Program-made: the position numbers and the translations under genes
The notes under the pieces: generated by a model
Told to the model about the DNA's origin: nothing
Database searches by the model: none
The model's input: only the letters and a program-made list of their open reading frames with translations
Shown here: in pieces, positions 36,668 to 40,034 of the stretch
How the letters are laid out: the number at the start of each line of letters is the position of its first letter
Position numbering within the stretch: position 1 is the first letter of the stretch
Source: Urechidicola sp.
GTDB lineage: Bacteria; Pseudomonadota; Gammaproteobacteria; GCA-001735895
Length of the DNA: 40,034 nucleotides
NCBI GenBank assembly: GCA_047638435.1
Contig: JBLILW010000001.1
Location: 1 to 40,034, forward strand
Direction: 5' to 3'

Positions 36668-38081
36668 TGCTAACACCTCCGTCCGCTGCAACAGCCCAGC
36701 TTTGAATTCCATTCAAATGATAAATCGATCCATATTTTCCACCGCCAAGTCCACGCTCGTCGATAAGTTGTTTGATTGTGGGCTGAACATAACCTGTTTC
36801 ATCCTGGCAACGACTCTGTAATATTGTCGGTTTTCCATCCCAACGCCATGGGAATCGAAATCGCGTGTGACAAACTGGTAATACCGGAGTTTGTAACTCG
36901 GCAAGCTGCCAGCTAACGCCACCATCTACTGAAACCTCTACCCGTTTTATACGACCTCGGCCAGTCCATGCAAGACCACTTATTTCATAAAACCCGGCCT
37001 TTGGGAGTTTCATTTCCCCTGAAGGAAAAGTAATAACAGACTTTGCTTCCATCATTAATGAGAATTGACGTGCCTTACCACTATCTAACAAATCGGTATA
37101 TTTTGAAGTTTCTTCACGCGTCATAAACGGCTTGTCGCTAATCTCCAGACGTCTTAACCATTTGATGTGAGTGTTGCCTTCAAACCCTGGCAGCAATAAA
37201 CGCAATGGGTAGCCTTGTTCGGGCCTAATTGCCTCACCGTTCTGCGCGAACACCAGCATGGCATCATCCCAGGCCTTGTCGATAGGAACGCTACGAGTCA
37301 TTACGGCTGCATCGGCACCTTCAGCCAGTATCCAGGCGGCACCATCTTGCACCCCAACTTCTCGTAATATGGTTGATAAAGGCACACCAGTCCATTCGGT
37401 TGTACTGGTCAGGCCATGCGTGCCCTGAACCGTTTTCAACGTTGGTTCACGCCACTCGGTAAGCCCGTTACCGGAACACTCAATAAAGTGGAATCGGGAT
37501 ACAGAAGGAAATCTTTTTAAATCTTCCATGGTATATTTTCGAGCACCATCGACCATCCCATGAACTATCAATTCATGTTTGGCTGGATTGATATTTGGGA
37601 TACCTCCGTGGTGTCTCTCAAAGTGCAATCCTGATGGGGTAACGATACCATTACCACTATCTAGCGGTGTCATCGTCCAGGACGATTCTTTAGTTGCTGT
37701 AGGGAAGCGCCAGCGAGATTCGGTTTCAAATTGTGATCGGGATCCGTAACCCCCATCATCGTTGGTCAACCTTCCTTGTACCTTGGTTGCATCATCCTGT
37801 ATGGGATAGTCCATTGAACCTGCTGGGACCGCAGCATTTGCTGCATTACCAACAGCCAGTGCGGCCGCACCGGTAGCCGTTGCCGCGAGAAATTGGCGTC
37901 GACTTGCCATTGGCTGTATTTTCCCATTCGGGAACATACCATCCTTACATTCACATTCTTCCTGTTCCGGGGCTGTTTGTTTTTTTCGACTGGCGATCGC
38001 TTTTTCTTCAGCATCAACCATTCCTTGGATCAGAGTGCGGGTTTTTTCGTCATAGTTGTTGTTCGAGCTATTATCATCCAT
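36651..38081 (-). CDS. Molybdopterin sulfite dehydrogenase catalytic subunit (SorA/SoxC family), Tat-exported
   Basis: 476 aa. Twin-arginine motif ASRRQFLAATATGAAALAVGNAANA, then TPSGLHFERHHGGIP, FIECSGN and a C-terminal dimerisation domain. GAGGAGG lies 7 nt upstream of the ATG at 38081. Alternative starts at Met49 or Met58 are possible. Confidence 0.85.
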   Translation of the reverse strand: MDDNSSNNNYDEKTRTLIQGMVDAEEKAIASRKKQTAPEQEECECKDGMFPNGKIQPMASRRQFLAATATGAAALAVGNAANAAVPAGSMDYPIQDDATKVQGRLTNDDGGYGSRSQFETESRWRFPTATKESSWTMTPLDSGNGIVTPSGLHFERHHGGIPNINPAKHELIVHGMVDGARKYTMEDLKRFPSVSRFHFIECSGNGLTEWREPTLKTVQGTHGLTSTTEWTGVPLSTILREVGVQDGAAWILAEGADAAVMTRSVPIDKAWDDAMLVFAQNGEAIRPEQGYPLRLLLPGFEGNTHIKWLRRLEISDKPFMTREETSKYTDLLDSGKARQFSLMMEAKSVITFPSGEMKLPKAGFYEISGLAWTGRGRIKRVEVSVDGGVSWQLAELQTPVLPVCHTRFRFPWRWDGKPTILQSRCQDETGYVQPTIKQLIDERGLGGGKYGSIYHLNGIQSWAVAADGGVSNVHQY

Positions 38082-38375
38082 ACAAAATCCTCCTCATAAT
38101 TACATGTGGGGGAACACTGATCGTATATCACCCTATTATTATATACGTTCAGATCCACACGTTTATAGGTTTTTAAAGGGCTATCTATTAACTTGCTCTT
38201 GTTATAGGACTCAGTCCAATTGGAAAAAATTATCGAGTGATAACTATTGCCTATCAACTTTAACCTTTCATCCTAACGATATTGACTGTGCCAAAAGTGA
38301 CTTAATAGTTACCTGATAAGTGGAAATGAAGAAGGTTAGGAGTAAAAGCGTTCGGGAGCCTACTCTTAAGGATGA

Positions 38376-40034
38376 CTAACCCAGCTGTGCATCTAAAAAT
38401 TTACGGGTGATATCAAATGACTTGGTGTAACCCCGTGGTAGTTTGAGCTTACGATCTTTGGCAAGCGATTTAGCCAACTTGATCATTTTTGTGGTGGGCG
38501 GGTTATTGCTGCCATTATCATTCCCATTCCTAAACTCTTTTTTTGGATTGGCCTTTGCCGCTGCACCAAACTGCTCGGGGGTAGCTGAGGCAACCAGCTT
38601 GCACATCCAGCCGGTCATCTTCTCTAGAAAAAGTGTGGCGTCTGCATTTTCTTCGGCTATCTCACTCATTTGCTGCTCCCACCAGGCTGTGACGGCAGGG
38701 TCTTTGATTCGACCGGGAACAGAGTCTATAAAGTGTCGACCATGTTCGGTGGAGAGAATTGTCTTACCCTTTAACTGGATATAGTTGCGTTGTTTGAGTG
38801 TTTCTAAAATGGAGGCGCGGGTCGCCTCGGTGCCAATGCCGGCAGATTCCCTGAGTACTGATTTAGCCTTTGGGTTCTCGACATAACGCGCAATACCGGC
38901 CATTGCATTGATCAATGTTCCCTCGGTGAATCGACTCAGTGGTTTTGTCTTCTTATCGGTTAATTCTGCCGATTGGCATAAAGTAGTATCACCTTTTTTG
39001 ACGAGAGGTAGATCCGCTGCTTCTTTTTTCTGGGGTGGCAGTACGTCTTTCCAGCCTATGACCAGGGTCTTTTTTCCTTTGCTTGTAAATGTCTCCTGGC
39101 AGCACTCTATCTCTACTTCAACGGCCTGGTATTCGTGATCTGGTAAGAATTGAGCAACATAGTGGCGAGCAATGAGGCCATACAGGTTGCGTTCTATCGG
39201 TGTGAGTCTGGCAACATCTGGACGTTTAGCGGTGGGGATGATGCCGGTGTGTGCAGTGACTTTGCTATCGTTGAAAGCCTTAGACTTACGGTATGGTTCA
39301 GCGTCTTTTACCAGTTGTGGGTTGGCCTCACCAATGGCCTTGAGGATTTTTTTAGCGTCTGCATGTTGTCCCGATGCCAGATAACCGCAGTCGGATCGTG
39401 GATAGGTGGTCAGTTTATGCTCTTCGTATAGTTTTTGTGCAGCATCCAAAACCTGTTGGGCGCCATATCCCCATCTAGCGTTGGCAACCGTCTGCAGGGT
39501 AGACAGTGAAAAGGGCAGGGGAGCGCTCTCTCGTTTGTTCTTGCGCGATGAGTTGCGGATGGTGCCAGTCTGACCTTGAACCTTTGCACAAACCTGTTCT
39601 GCAACTTCCCTTTTCAGGCAGCGTCGGTCTGGGTCTGAATCATCTTCAGATGGAACCCAGTGGGTAACAATGCACCCGTTTTGATGCTCGAACTTTGCTT
39701 TGATGGCGTAATAAGGTAGCGGCACAAAATTTTCAATTTGGCGGTCACGTTCCACAATCAGGTTAAGTGTTGGGGTTTGCACGCGGCCAACGCTTATTAC
39801 CCCGTCACCACCTGCCTTTTGATAACATAGTGTGAAGGCGCGAGTCACATTCATACCCAGCAACCAGTCGCAACGGGAGCGGCTCACGGCTGCTTCGTAG
39901 AGCCCTTGGTAGTCATTGTTGGCCCCAATCTGTTTAAAGGCTTTGCGTATGCCATTTTGAGTGAGATCCTGAAGCCACACCCGTTGTGTCGTGCCATTCC
40001 AACCCATCTCTAATAATATCTCATCGATCAATAA
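38376..40034 (-). CDS. topB: DNA topoisomerase III; N-terminal ~110 aa lie beyond the right edge
   Basis: Open to the window edge. Collinear with E. coli TopB from the Toprim-proximal region: CDWLLGMNVTRAFTL, SVGRVQTPTLNLIVERD, SAPLPFSLSTLQ, LTTYPRSDCGYL (catalytic Tyr), AHTGIIPT, GIGTEATRASILETL. Confidence 0.9.
   Translation of the reverse strand, partial: LLIDEILLEMGWNGTTQRVWLQDLTQNGIRKAFKQIGANNDYQGLYEAAVSRSRCDWLLGMNVTRAFTLCYQKAGGDGVISVGRVQTPTLNLIVERDRQIENFVPLPYYAIKAKFEHQNGCIVTHWVPSEDDSDPDRRCLKREVAEQVCAKVQGQTGTIRNSSRKNKRESAPLPFSLSTLQTVANARWGYGAQQVLDAAQKLYEEHKLTTYPRSDCGYLASGQHADAKKILKAIGEANPQLVKDAEPYRKSKAFNDSKVTAHTGIIPTAKRPDVARLTPIERNLYGLIARHYVAQFLPDHEYQAVEVEIECCQETFTSKGKKTLVIGWKDVLPPQKKEAADLPLVKKGDTTLCQSAELTDKKTKPLSRFTEGTLINAMAGIARYVENPKAKSVLRESAGIGTEATRASILETLKQRNYIQLKGKTILSTEHGRHFIDSVPGRIKDPAVTAWWEQQMSEIAEENADATLFLEKMTGWMCKLVASATPEQFGAAAKANPKKEFRNGNDNGSNNPPTTKMIKLAKSLAKDRKLKLPRGYTKSFDITRKFLDAQLG

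Noticed and set aside
1-40034. Search for CRISPR arrays, long tandem repeats, integrase/att sites, rRNA/tRNA genes and defence-type gene clusters.
   Set aside because: None seen. All spacers are under 0.8 kb. The only repeats are the short dyads and direct repeats listed. Every large ORF has an ordinary metabolic, transport or regulatory identity.

Overview
This window looks like ordinary chromosomal DNA from a gammaproteobacterium, about mid-40s % GC by eye (not computed). I saw no rRNA, tRNA, CRISPR array or intact mobile element.

Gene content, left to right:
- 1-12.5 kb, minus strand: a cobalamin operon in transcription order NicO-type Ni/Co transporter, cbiD, cobK, cobH, cobL, cobI, then cbiG, cobJ, cobM, cobW. 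A co-directional copper module (copA-cueR) interrupts it. The module has a textbook MerR-type promoter and sits next to a 20-codon relic of a Y1 (IS200/REP-associated) transposase.
- 12.6-20.5 kb: a LysR regulator divergent from an agmatinase-family ureohydrolase, then tctC-tctA-tctB, an FMN-dependent 2-hydroxyacid dehydrogenase, and cobB only 6 nt downstream.
- 20.7-25.8 kb: two BCCT transporter paralogues with a LysR gene between them. The second BCCT is full length and in one frame but carries two in-frame TAG codons at conserved Leu and Gln positions.
- 26-33 kb: a multipass membrane protein, fpr with a divergent finR-like LysR, yceH (DUF480) with a coupled 53-codon ORF, modABC, and a small lipoprotein.
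- 33-40 kb: sucCD without sucAB, a 0.8 kb decayed spacer holding a ParE/RelE toxin relic, a SorA/SoxC-type sulfite dehydrogenase with its cytochrome c, and a partial topoisomerase III.

I did not find a convincing novel multi-gene system, and nothing here looks defence-like. The points most worth a second look are the twice-amber BCCT gene, the mosaic state of the cob locus (copper module inside it, cobB attached to a catabolic operon, no recognisable B12 riboswitch), and the decayed or possibly island-derived right end (ParE relic, sorAB, topB). All calls come from reading the translations and sequence by eye; no searches were run.
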